Shown here: positions 16,401 through 26,702 of the stretch, piece by piece
Position numbering within the stretch: position 1 is the first letter of the stretch
How the letters are laid out: each line of letters opens with the position of its first letter
Source of the DNA: Gonapodya sp. JEL0774
Lineage: Eukaryota
DNA: 26,702 bases
NCBI GenBank assembly: GCA_027604505.1
Contig: JADIIX010000094.1
Span: forward strand, 62,001-88,702
Direction: 5' to 3'
Notes under the pieces: model-generated
What the model was told of the DNA's origin: nothing
Database searches by the model: none
Seen by the model: only the letters and a program-made list of their open reading frames with translations
Program-made: the position numbers and the translations under genes

Positions 16401-19400
16401 TTGATAAATCAGACAATGGAGATTCTGTTTGGATCTGCTCAAAGCTGGAAAACATTTTTGGAGCGCTTAGAGCTCATAATGACTAGGTTTCATGCTCAGA
16501 AAGCTTTATGGGTTCAAAGTGTTCTGACTGCCATTGCTGAAAACTCCACCACAACAGGTGACCCAGCATTCTTGACTCAGCCCTCTGCGCTGTGGAGACT
16601 TGGGGACAGAACATTCCAAAGAGATATCAACTGGAAGCTTTTACATCACATTCGATTTTGCTATGGGGCCATTCCTGCCAATTTGAGAAGCAGTATTATA
16701 GAGAAGCCAGATATAGTAGTGTCCTCTGAATTGGGATCCAGTCAGCTACTAGCAAGACTTGCAACAAGCTGGGCTGCGTGGAGAAATTGGGAGATTACTA
16801 CACTTCCTGATGTTCCACTCTTACAGAAAGTTTATGGCAGGACTGAACTTAGGGATGATATAAGCTTATTTGGGAAACTTATTGATGAGACAGCTATAAA
16901 CTCAGTTGCCAGATTTAGTATTCAAGAGTTTAACTTCTCAATTGTGGACTTACACAGTGAAGAGCAGTCCAATAATGTGGTAATTGGACCTATGACCTTT
17001 GAGGCAAGAGCTGTACGGCGTGACACCATCCTTCCAGAGGGGCTAAAACAGGATTTTCAGTCAGATAACTTGTCACTAACTTCAGAGGTCCCACAGTTTG
17101 GGACAAAGGCAAGGGAAAGCTTAGATTTAACAACCCTGGATGGCATGCAGTCATCATTCCTTGGGCCTGAATGCTACAACCTTCTCTGCAATGCCAAAGT
17201 GATGTCAATAGTAATGAGTTTGAACCCTAATGTGCTGGCCTTTGGGAAGCATGTCCTGAGAGTCTATAGATGGTTCAATTTGCGCACAACTCAGCAGAAA
17301 AAGAGGTCAACCAGTAGTTCCACAGCACCTGCAAGGCAGAGGGTAAAAAGTGCCCTTGCCTCCTTACTGCATGGAAATTGTCAGATTATTCTTGAAGGAG
17401 CTGGAATTGTGGATTCTTTGGTTTTATATGCTTCATCCCAGTCATTACATGCCAAAATTGCATTTGAAGACATTACAACAACTACACTTCACTTTCACTT
17501 CACAGGAGAAAAACCTCCTTTTTTGGGGAAAGGGACACAAAGAAGAGATGACAAATCAACCAATATGGAGAGACTTTTTCACAACACTTTTGGTCACTTT
17601 GCAATGCTACAAATTGCTGTTCTGGAAAAATCATATCGCACAACAGACTCAGATGAGCTTGTGGCAGCAGAGCTTACAGGTGGATCACTGGTTGCTACCA
17701 TAAGCCAGATTCTACCCCCACCAGGAAGACAGTCACAGTCTGTTGAGGGCATTCCAATTGAGCGTGTCAGTATCCTGAATGTTGTGGATACCTTAATGCT
17801 TCGTATGCCGAAAAGTGTCCTGAATTTATATTCTTTTTTGGAGCGATGGAGAGATGAAAACATTCCTAAATATGATTTTCTATTTCAAGAAATGATCCGT
17901 GAACTGGATGGAGGACCAATAGAGCCTTCTTCAGGACCATCAAATACTCTGTCCAAAATCAATGTAACTTCATGGGACACAAGAGACTACAGTGTACAGG
18001 GTCGATTGACAAATTTATTACTTGAATCTGATCTACTGCAAACACTGGAATGTACATACTCCTTGATGGACCTTGTCCTTTTTGTTGATACAATAAGGGA
18101 TCGTAACACCAAGAAAGGTGTTAAGTCAAAGAATGCTTCTGTATGGTCTGAACTAGATTTTTCTGTGTGTGTTTCCAAGCAAGAAGTCATACTCGTTACT
18201 CATCCAAAGGATTCATCAGAGCTCAGTGGAAACTATCTTGAAGCAGTAGGGGTGCATTCCTCTAATTTTCAGATTCCTGCCATTGTAGCGTTCTGTTTTA
18301 TTAAGTTCCCAGCTTTGGTGCTTGATAATAATAATGGGCAAAAGCAAGGTCTTCAGAGCACTAGGGTGGATGCCTATATTCTTCTTGACCCTATCAAAAC
18401 CATCTTGAATGTCAGGATGATTGATCAACTCCTGATGGCTCAGTCTATTATTGGTTCAGAAGTTAATGATCTATTGGATACTTTTGTATTCTCTTCTCAG
18501 AGGAAGATTGCCAGGCTTTCAGAGCAGCCAACTAAGAAAACAGAGAAAGACCCTGGAATGGCCTTTGCAGTCAAAATCATTCTAAATGGTGTTTCTGTTG
18601 GTGCAACAAGCCCCTCCAACACATTGCTTTTTGACTCTAATGTGCTAGAGGCATTTGCAACAAACCGTACAGACTCATGGTATGGAAAATCTCAAAGCGC
18701 AATTTTATGGCGAATAGCTGCTAGTGGGACATCTCTGAATTTCACCCAAAAATTTCGGATAAAAGGAGAGATCCCTTTGCCAAGCAGTGACTCTGAATCT
18801 TACTTGATTGCAAGTGTTGCCCTGGACTTTGTTTCTCAAAACTTTTCAAGGCCTGGAACAGCTGCCATCAAGCTTCAAGAGTGGAGCAGGGAAGAATTTT
18901 TATTTGCATTTGAAAAGCTGTTCAGTGTTATGCATCCCATAGCATTGGGAAAGCTTGTTGACTTTTGGGTTTTCTACTCTAATGAACTGAATAGGCGAAA
19001 GGAGCTCAGGAATGTACACATTCGCAAGCTGCAAGAAAACACCCAGCAACTATTAAAATCAATAAATGTTGATCTTCCCAAGTATCAAAACATAAAAACA
19101 ACTTCCTTATTTGCACAGAAGCGAATTGTGGTTGATATTGGACGAATTGGGGTAGCTATACCCCTGGATATTATTGATGAGGGTCACACTGGGGCACTAC
19201 CTGTTTCACACATTGAGAGAGATAAAAACCGTGCTTTTCTTCTTTCCATGAAGAGTGTGAGACTTGAAACAGACAGCTTAAATAGTAGTCAAGCAACAGT
19301 GAAAGACTTGTGTTTCCAGTTCGTTTTGAGGTTTGACCAGACAAATGAGAAACACTTCCAGCCAGGATCTCATCCAGCAATTAATCGAATGGTCCTTCCA

Positions 19401-22304
19401 GATATTGGAGGAGAAGTGAAATTGATTAAAGAGCAAGGGAAGAAGACTTTAATTTGGGCAGATGCCTCTGTTGCTGGGTTTGAGCTTGATATGGATTCTT
19501 CATTGGGAGCTTCTGTGCACACTTTGACTGAACTGTACAGGCAAGGCAGGGATAAAGTACTTGGGTTCCTTCCAACTCATGGGATAAGCTCAGAAGTTAG
19601 TCAAAAAGATGTTGGGTCTACAGTAGTAAAGGATCTGCTTGAGGATTCTCAGAGTATGTCTGACATACTATTACTGGAAACAGAGGCACGATTTGAGTTT
19701 AAAACTGGAAGTAAAGTCAGAATTCATATGAGGCGACCTTCACAGGGAAAGTTTGATTCAGGTCTCAGAACTCGAAATCTTGGAACTCAGCAGCTTGACA
19801 GCAAAACTGCCTCAGAAACAAGGCGCGGTGTTGATCTTGGAATCCACCAGCTAATAGTACCTGGTGTGAAGCTGCGACTAAGTTCCTCCACTCCATTTGG
19901 TCAAACCATGTCAACTGAGCCAACTATGGAATCCAGACGAATGCATGCAGAAATTTCTGTTGAGAAAAGTGAGAATGTGGTACACTCAGCACTTGTTGGG
20001 TTTGTGAAGGAGATATCAGCCAGTATGCAACCTACTCTCAGTGTGCTGTCCAGGCAAGGCTCCACATCAGAAGGGGGAGCTGCACATTCTTTCAGCAGAT
20101 CTCACGCAATTGCTTCCACTTCAACTCAGCAAATGGCAACACTAGAAAGATTGAATTCTTTCAGAAGGTTACATTCAGTAATTACAGTGATGTTCCAGCT
20201 TGAAGAAACAAAATTAGATTTGAGTTGCCAACCTCTTTCCAAAACAATTGGAAGCCTTATGGTCAACACTTCCAGTGTTCTTGTTTCTCTCACAAGAGAT
20301 GATGATAATAAAATCTCAGTGTCCTCTATTGGACGTGTTGGCAGTGTTTTTGTGAGATTGAGACATGCATACTCACCTGAGGACTGTTTCAGGGGTCAAA
20401 TTGCACCAATATCAGTCAATTCTGTGACTTTAAATAAGCCTTCTGTACCAGGTGGTAATACTTTGGTTCAGTTCTTCATACCAAACATCACTGGAGATTT
20501 CAACATCCGCCACCTTCATGACTTTTATGTGTTTCAGCTCACCTGGCTGGCAGGTCTTGACACATTAAGTGTGACGCCACCCTCTGCATCCACAGGTAAT
20601 CTTCCAAGGGCAGATTCGAATCATCCTATTACAAGTGTGAATCTGAGGAAAGTCATCCCAGCAACACATCAGCCACAATCATATCACCTTGTTGGGAGTC
20701 TTGGAAGTGCAACCATCACTGCTGATTTAGGGCAGGCAGTTGGGAAGACTGAGTTCCTTTGGAAACGTACCCTGTTTCAAATATCACAAATTGCTAGATT
20801 GGGTAGATGCGAGGGGAGGGAGCTATTTGTCACTATTGAATCCTTGAGTCTTGATTCCAATGGTCGTTTAAGTGGTGCTTCAATCATAAAAGATATCACT
20901 TTGCATGTGGGCACTGTTGAAGTTCTTAAGGATGATCCATCATTCCAACCAGAACCAGAAGCCCTGAGGTTAGATTTAGACATCACCTCATTGTCATCAA
21001 ACCTTGAATACCAGTATGAAAGGATCCTACTGGCTGAGTTTGGGCCATTATCACTTCACTTATCAGATAGGAACTTGGTTCCGACAGACGCACAAACATT
21101 ATCGGCATCAATCACAGTGTCACTTAAAAATGCACAGGGAGTTATGTCCAGGCGCTCCATGCCAGCATTACTAAATGTTCAAAAACGACTTCAACTCCTT
21201 GCAGAAGAGAAGGAGGCGTATGCTAAATCTCTCCTTGCTGATTCACATACAACATCTGGTTTAGCTGAATCTTATGGCTTTCAAACAACAGACCATGGTT
21301 TTTTGTCAGGCTCAGAGAACACACCTGTGTCATTTATGAAGAAAATATTCTCAAATGGAACACCATTTCATACATTGGGTGGCAAGGTTGATTTACACGT
21401 TATGAATGTGAGCTTTACCTTTTTTAAGCACACATTCCGGGATGGAGATGGAGTACAGCTTGGAATGAAAAATGTACAAATTGTTGTGGACTTAAAAATA
21501 CCAGTACTCATTTCTGGAAAATTTGACCAATCCACACACTTGGCAGTGGGAGTATTGTGTTTGCAACGCTCCTTTGGAAAAGCAATCAGTCCAACAGAAG
21601 AACGTGACTGGGTTCCACAGCAATGGTTTGAACATATTGATGGCTTCAGCAGAAAAAATGTGATAATGGTACCAAGCTCAACTGTGGACTTCAAAGGAGC
21701 AGTGCAAAGGGCAGATAAAAGCCGTGTGGAATATTCTCTCAAGGCTAATTTCTCTGCCCCTATTGATGTTGCCTTAAACTTTTCACTATATCGGTATCTA
21801 ATTACCTTGTGGCAAGTTTATATGAAGGCTTTGGAATCAAATGATGATGGAGGTCAAGATGGAACTGCAGATTTGAGAAATATGGACAATAAAGCCGAAG
21901 GTCAAAAAAAGGTTGTAAGGAGTGGGTCACCATCACAGGTTGTGATACCAAAGCTGTCAGATCAAGTTTTCAAATTTAAAGATGATTCCTCACCCTCAAA
22001 TGAGAGCAGTGGAATTGTGGATTCTGATGATTATCATGGTGTGCAAACTGATGTGCCACATTCAGATTCTTTGGAAATAGAATTTGTGGCAACTGGCCCT
22101 GTGGAGTTCTATCCTCACTTGCAGGTTACTGGTGAAGCAACTCCCAAAGAGTGGCTTGACTGGTTGAAGGGGACAAAGGAGGCAATTCCAAAGGTCATTT
22201 TCCATGGGGTTACAGAACACGCTGAAGCTTCCATCAAGTTTGCAGTGTGGGTCTGGAAGCAGCTGACTGTCTCATCAACTAACTCAAAAAACAGAATCAA
22301 GTAG
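10446..22304 (+). CDS. CSF1: Csf1/BLTP1 (KIAA1109/tweek-like) bridge-like lipid transfer protein, estimated over 3000 aa
   Basis: Exon 1 10446-10479 (MASEQILNTTV), intron 10480-10594, then an N-terminal TM helix (LWTFFVYCLVVVLVAVFILFYMNR). Family motifs LEGFEWFIYNRSPAYD, GAVVLGN, LTYYVDIAG, SPEWG, HYGPWADRQR..LQRFFFP, KENYLG. Many short introns, then a terminal exon of about 6.5 kb (15813-22304) ending in PHLQVTGEATP. Confidence 0.93.
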
Positions 22305-22744
22305 TGAGATCCAATGAAACTTAGCACTTGTGAATTGTAAGTGTGCTTAAGCATCCCCAGTCCTAAAATACAACTGTCTAGTCTTCACAACCTCTTCCTA
22401 TTTCACATCTCAGATGCATCCTATTAATTTGACTCCTGGACTCAAATAGATACATTGTACAACCAGATTTGTTTCACGTTTTTGATGATTAGAAAATGTT
22501 TTGTGGTTCACATGTCATCCATGTACCCTGTGGGAGTGAGAGGGGCACAGGCCCTGGCCCTTGACCTAAGCTCACTAAACATGGAGGTTACAAGTTACAA
22601 ATACTCCAGTAAGCATAATGTACCATAACCTCACACGGAGTTTAGTACACTTGCAAAATCTCTCCACACACTCCCATTAGATTTCCAACCTGCTGGGCCA
22701 AAAACCTGGACCAACCCCAGCCTATTCCCCAGGTCCAGCTAGGT

Positions 22745-22873
22745 ACACTGCTTTTTGTGACTTAGATCCCAGTCATGTCCGAGTCACAGAAATTGTTGTT
22801 ACTGGCAGGTCGGGTTCTTCATACTCATGACCCACTCTGACCCAGCTGACCCAAGTATGAAAATGAGCAGTGT
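22745..22873. repeat. Short imperfect inverted-repeat element (possible decayed MITE)
   Basis: ACACTGCT (22745-22752) and AGCAGTGT (22866-22873) are perfect reverse complements. There is an inner TTCATACT/AGTATGAA inverted pair and three TGACCCA direct repeats. No clear target-site duplication. Confidence 0.3.
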
Positions 22874-23445
22874 TTCCAAATGCATAGGCATGAGTACTTA
22901 GTATTGTGTTCAGTTTTTTCTTGTGTAATACAAAGAAGAGGTTCTTTTTGTGTTTCATCATGTGGTGTCCACATGCTAATCTTTAATTCACCCACAAATC
23001 CATCAAAAGCATCAAAAGCTCTTGGAAAAAACGGGACAAGACTTTGGAATGCAAAGATTGGTGATTCACAGACCCAAAACAGATGTGACAGACATGTTTG
23101 ACACTTTTTCTAGCTTGAAACAGGTCATGCAGCTATGATGCCCTGCTCATGGAGTCTAGAGAGCAACAAGTGAATAAAATTGTGGTGCTGATAGCCTGAG
23201 GACACTGGACAGCATTCTTTAGAATTAGGTGAGTGAAACAGTGTGGCAACACTGTTGGGGCACTTTTGTGAGCAACTATGCTTGCGTGATGAGGGTTGCT
23301 GCCTCCAAAACAACTACCAACTATCCAAAATTTGGGGGGTTGGTTGTTCCACAGATCTGTTAAGGAGTAGTCTCAGTGGACTGTTTGGAGCAGCAGACAC
23401 CTTTAAACAGATCAAACGCCCTCAGTGTCTGCAGATTTACCCCAC

Positions 23446-25739
23446 ATGGATCTTAACCCCAAAGATGTGAGTGACCTGTTGCTGTCAATTTGATTATGGC
23501 TTACATTCATTAGCCAAACTGGTAGTTGGATCTTACTGTTGAACTCGAGGAAGACAACAACCCTAAAGGGGCTTCAAAACCCTCAAAGGAAGAGACTGAA
23601 GCTACCCCGAAACAGAAGGTAGGTGAAGGGTATTAATTCCTTGGTACGTTTGCTAACATGTGTTATTTAGAAACAGCGTGAGAGTCGCAAGCTCATAAAT
23701 CCTATCACCCTCCCCACCACCCATCTTGTGGAACCCGATCAACTTGAGGCAGCGCTTACAGCATTTGCGACTGAACAAGGTGCGAATCATTCGGTTTTCA
23801 TAATCGATTTCCCTAACCCGGAAGATGCAGACAAATCGAGACCGGTGAGTGTTGCATGTAATTTCGCTTCGATATATTATTGACGCACTAATGTTCCTGA
23901 AGTCTTTGGCCCCGAGATTACAAGCGAAACTGCGTGGACTCCGACTCATTGCGCTTAACAAGGTTCTGAAGCAAGGTGGGGTACTCATTGAGGTAAGTGG
24001 TCTGTTCTTTTGTACTATCACACATTACTGATACATGTTCATCAGCGAATTGACATGTCCGAGTTTGCCGCTATGAAGTCTGACTATCTGACTGCTGGTG
24101 CGCCCACCTCTGCCACTGTGCACTTCGCTTTCCAGTCTGCCCCTGCCTCGAAAGGCAACCTTCCTGATGACAGCACCCTGTTCGACGCCACCAATGATGT
24201 TACCCACTACGCTGTCACATCTACATCACCAGCATCGCTCAACTGGTCACAGGGATTGTCTTGGCATCGATCATGGGCGAACTCGAATCTGTGTGGCCCA
24301 TGCACAGTTCCTGATCTCAATGTTGTGGTGAGTTATCTATCGTTGATTAGCCACCGATATCCTATTCTCACTTACTATCAATTATTTTTTGACAGAAATA
24401 CGTGATACTGTCCCAGTCCAAGAAGAGCGAGAAGAAACTCCCGTATTTCACACGGCAAACTCCAAGCGCACTTTGGATGGAGCTTATCACCCTAGTAAGT
24501 AATCCGGGTGATGGAGTTGTATTGCCTAGTGTCGGGACAGGAAGCGCTGCTACAGCGTGTGCCATTCTGGGGCGCACGTGCAACGCTTGGGTTTTCGACA
24601 TCGAATTTCGCGGGAACCTCGAGAAACATTTTCTTGCAATTGATAGTCTGTTACGGGAGGACGCGGGGAAGACATTGGAAAGGTGAGTGACAGTATTTGC
24701 ATTACATTTCTGGTGTTTGATTTCTCTAACCCCCAACTAGATTGATCCAAGACAAGGATTTTCTACGGTACACCTTGTCCACTAGGTGCACCCCGATTGC
24801 CTCGCCGCCGGTCAAGAGCAGTAACCTCTCGGCCAAGAAAATCGCAAATGTCCCCTCCTCGCCCACGGCTCCGAGTACACTTATTGATGTCCCGCCAGCT
24901 CGTAAGTAATGGTTTGATCATCATGTTTTGCACTTTAATGCTAACAAGCTACCTAATACTCTTTCTACAGAGCAATCCCAGCCTGGTTCTGGTCATGGAC
25001 GCCGTGTGCAACGTTAGTACCAAATTGCATGTTGGCTGCTGCAACTTTGTGCTCATACCTGGGTTTTGCTTCACAGAACGTAATCCCTACATTGATAATG
25101 AGGCAGAGGTTGAAGGAGGTGAAGATGGATCCGAAGGTATGCATCCAAACTCTTGTTACTTCTACTGTTTGGTCTGCTCAACTGCTGTGTTTTGCAGGTA
25201 GTCACACCGATGAAGAGACCCCATCCTACAAGGATATGATCAATGATGGGGATGAAGGTGAAGGTGAAGATGACCAGGGCGAGCCTGCAGATGTGGATGA
25301 AGGGGACAGTGAGGAGGAGAGCAAATACGATGGTAAGTTCGCATTTTACTTGAACCTGGCTGTTGTCGTTTAACATTGTCTATGTGGATGAAAATGCTCC
25401 AAAGCCTACCCAACCTCCTGTCCAACCACCCGCACCTGCAGCCAGGGGAGCTCACCGTGAACGTGCTCAGGAGTCAGACTCTGGTGAGTACACATTCTTG
25501 CCCTGTTGGTCGCTGCATGGTCGCTTCTTACTGTCTCTATTTGACTAGAACCTAAACCAAAGCGTCAACGCCTCGTACAAACACGGGGGGCAGACTGGGG
25601 TGGTTGCGGGATGAGGAGAGGTAGTGCAAGTGGGAACACGCGAGGTAGTCCTGGGGGAAAGGGGTTGGAGCGCCGGGTCTGTATAGACTTCAGACTTATA
25701 TCATGGCATAGTTCCTCACTGAAATTAATATACTTTTGA
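23446..25739 (+). CDS. Intron-containing divergent beta-class N4-C/N6-A DNA methyltransferase-like protein with acidic and RG-rich C-terminal tails (possibly inactive or decaying)
   Basis: Exons 23446-23466, 23526-23618, 23671-23844, 23903-23992, 24046-24327, 24396-24682, 24741-24901, 24971-25012, 25077-25136, 25198-25332, 25388-25483, 25549-25739 join in frame. Motif order is SVFIIDFPN (IV-like), KVLKQGGVLI (VI-like), then RQTPSALWMELITLVSNPGDGVVLPSVGTGSAATACAILGR..VFDIE (X/I/II-like). The start, the last exon and one acceptor (25387) are uncertain. Confidence 0.65.
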
Positions 25740-26402
25740 TACAAATATTTGTCTTCCATATTATTGATCTAGGGGTGGGGGGTGCAAAAAACGTGACACA
25801 AGGACCTTGGTTCTGCTGGGTTTCACGCTCATTTGCTCCTCCATGTCACACGCCAACAGCATTCTACCAAATCGACCAAGAACCTCAGGGAAGATTCTTT
25901 GCTCTACAGCGCCACCTGCTTGTTTCCTCAAAATCTCCCTTGTCTCTCAACTGGTCCACAGGTTCCAAGTGGCGCTGTTCATGGGCATCGACCAATGTCT
26001 TGGGTCCACATGTTGTGCCTGAATCAGACATATTAGAGAGGTTGCGCAGAATTTAGTTATCACGACTTTGGTGCACACAAGGTATGTGGCACGAGGGAAA
26101 ATATTGGGAGCCCGAATTGGGAGCACAAAACTCTGCTTGTTTGACTCGTAAAATCGACTGCGATTGGACTGATTTTTTCACACTACTGTAATACAATAAT
26201 GCTGAATATATTTCAAGAGTCAATTTGTGACAAATACAATTGAGTCACTCGCAACGCAACCCTGGTTTTTCGCCCAGCAGCGATTCTGATGACCCGGATT
26301 TGCACGGTGAGAGTGCATTTGTAAAAGATTTCTCGGTTGCAGTCACAAATTAATACCATAAATGTGGTGTTTCTTCATGTTGTTGGTCTCTGTGTGTTCC
26401 AG

Positions 26403-26659
26403 GTGCTGTCCCCGCGCCTGACAAGAAGACAACTGAGTCATTACCAACCCACAAGCCAGGAACTGCCCGAAAGAGGCCCGGACGTCCCCGCCAACCTGCA
26501 TCGTCTCAGAAAAAGGTGAAGCCGCCGCTGTCGGGCTTTGCTTTGTTCCGGAAGTCAAAGGAGAAGGAGGTCAGGCACAATCATCCGGAGTATGGATTCG
26601 GGATGGTTGGAGCTACAATCGGAGATATGTGGACTAAGATGACAGAAGAGGAGAAGGAG
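26403..26659 (+). CDS. Exon encoding an AT-hook followed by an HMG box (Nhp6/HMGB-like); the gene continues beyond the window
   Basis: CAG acceptor at 26402 and GTAAGT donor at 26660. Translation: ...TARKRPGRPRQPASSQKKVKPPLSGFALFRKSKEKEVRHNHPEYGFGMVGATIGDMWTKMTEEEKE. A phase-compatible upstream mini-exon ends at 26306 (GTGAGA donor). No ATG located. Confidence 0.85.
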
Positions 26660-26702
26660 GTAAGTTTTTTTTATGCAACTTGGGGTTCATATAGTTATAT
26701 TT

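Noticed and set aside
15792..22304. 2170-aa ORF as a stand-alone giant or novel gene
   Set aside because: It is the terminal exon of CSF1 (acceptor at 15812, in frame with upstream exons).
25736..26056. Three overlapping short ORFs between the MTase-like and HMG genes
   Set aside because: No recognisable domain, and I could not establish a consistent splice path.
26165..26190. Tc1/mariner-like terminus (reverse complement TA-CAGTAGTGTGAAAAAATCAGTCC)
   Set aside because: No partner inverted repeat or transposase seen in the window; could be chance.

Overview
Eukaryotic, intron-rich and gene-dense DNA (GT-AG introns mostly 50-190 nt, GTGAGT donors, CTAAC/CTGAC branch points), most likely from an early-diverging, chytrid-like fungus; the taxon is inferred. 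The first 22.3 kb holds five housekeeping genes that I spliced by hand: GEM1/Miro (5' exon not found), a PPZ-type PP1-like phosphatase, BNA5 kynureninase, LDB17/Dip1/SPIN90 (minus strand) and the giant lipid-transfer gene CSF1/BLTP1. LDB17 and CSF1 are head-to-head with about 82 bp between their predicted ATGs. CpG collapses inside the CSF1 body and the downstream intergenic DNA. The accessory tail (23.4-26.7 kb) is the most interesting part. It contains a roughly 12-exon gene, not visible in the ORF track, that encodes a divergent prokaryote-like beta-class (N4-C/N6-A) DNA methyltransferase fold with a degenerate catalytic motif (DFPN instead of DPPY), followed by acidic, NLS-like and RG-rich tails. 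Next to it is an exon encoding an AT-hook plus HMG box. This is a candidate intron-containing DNA-modification or chromatin module of bacterial-type origin.
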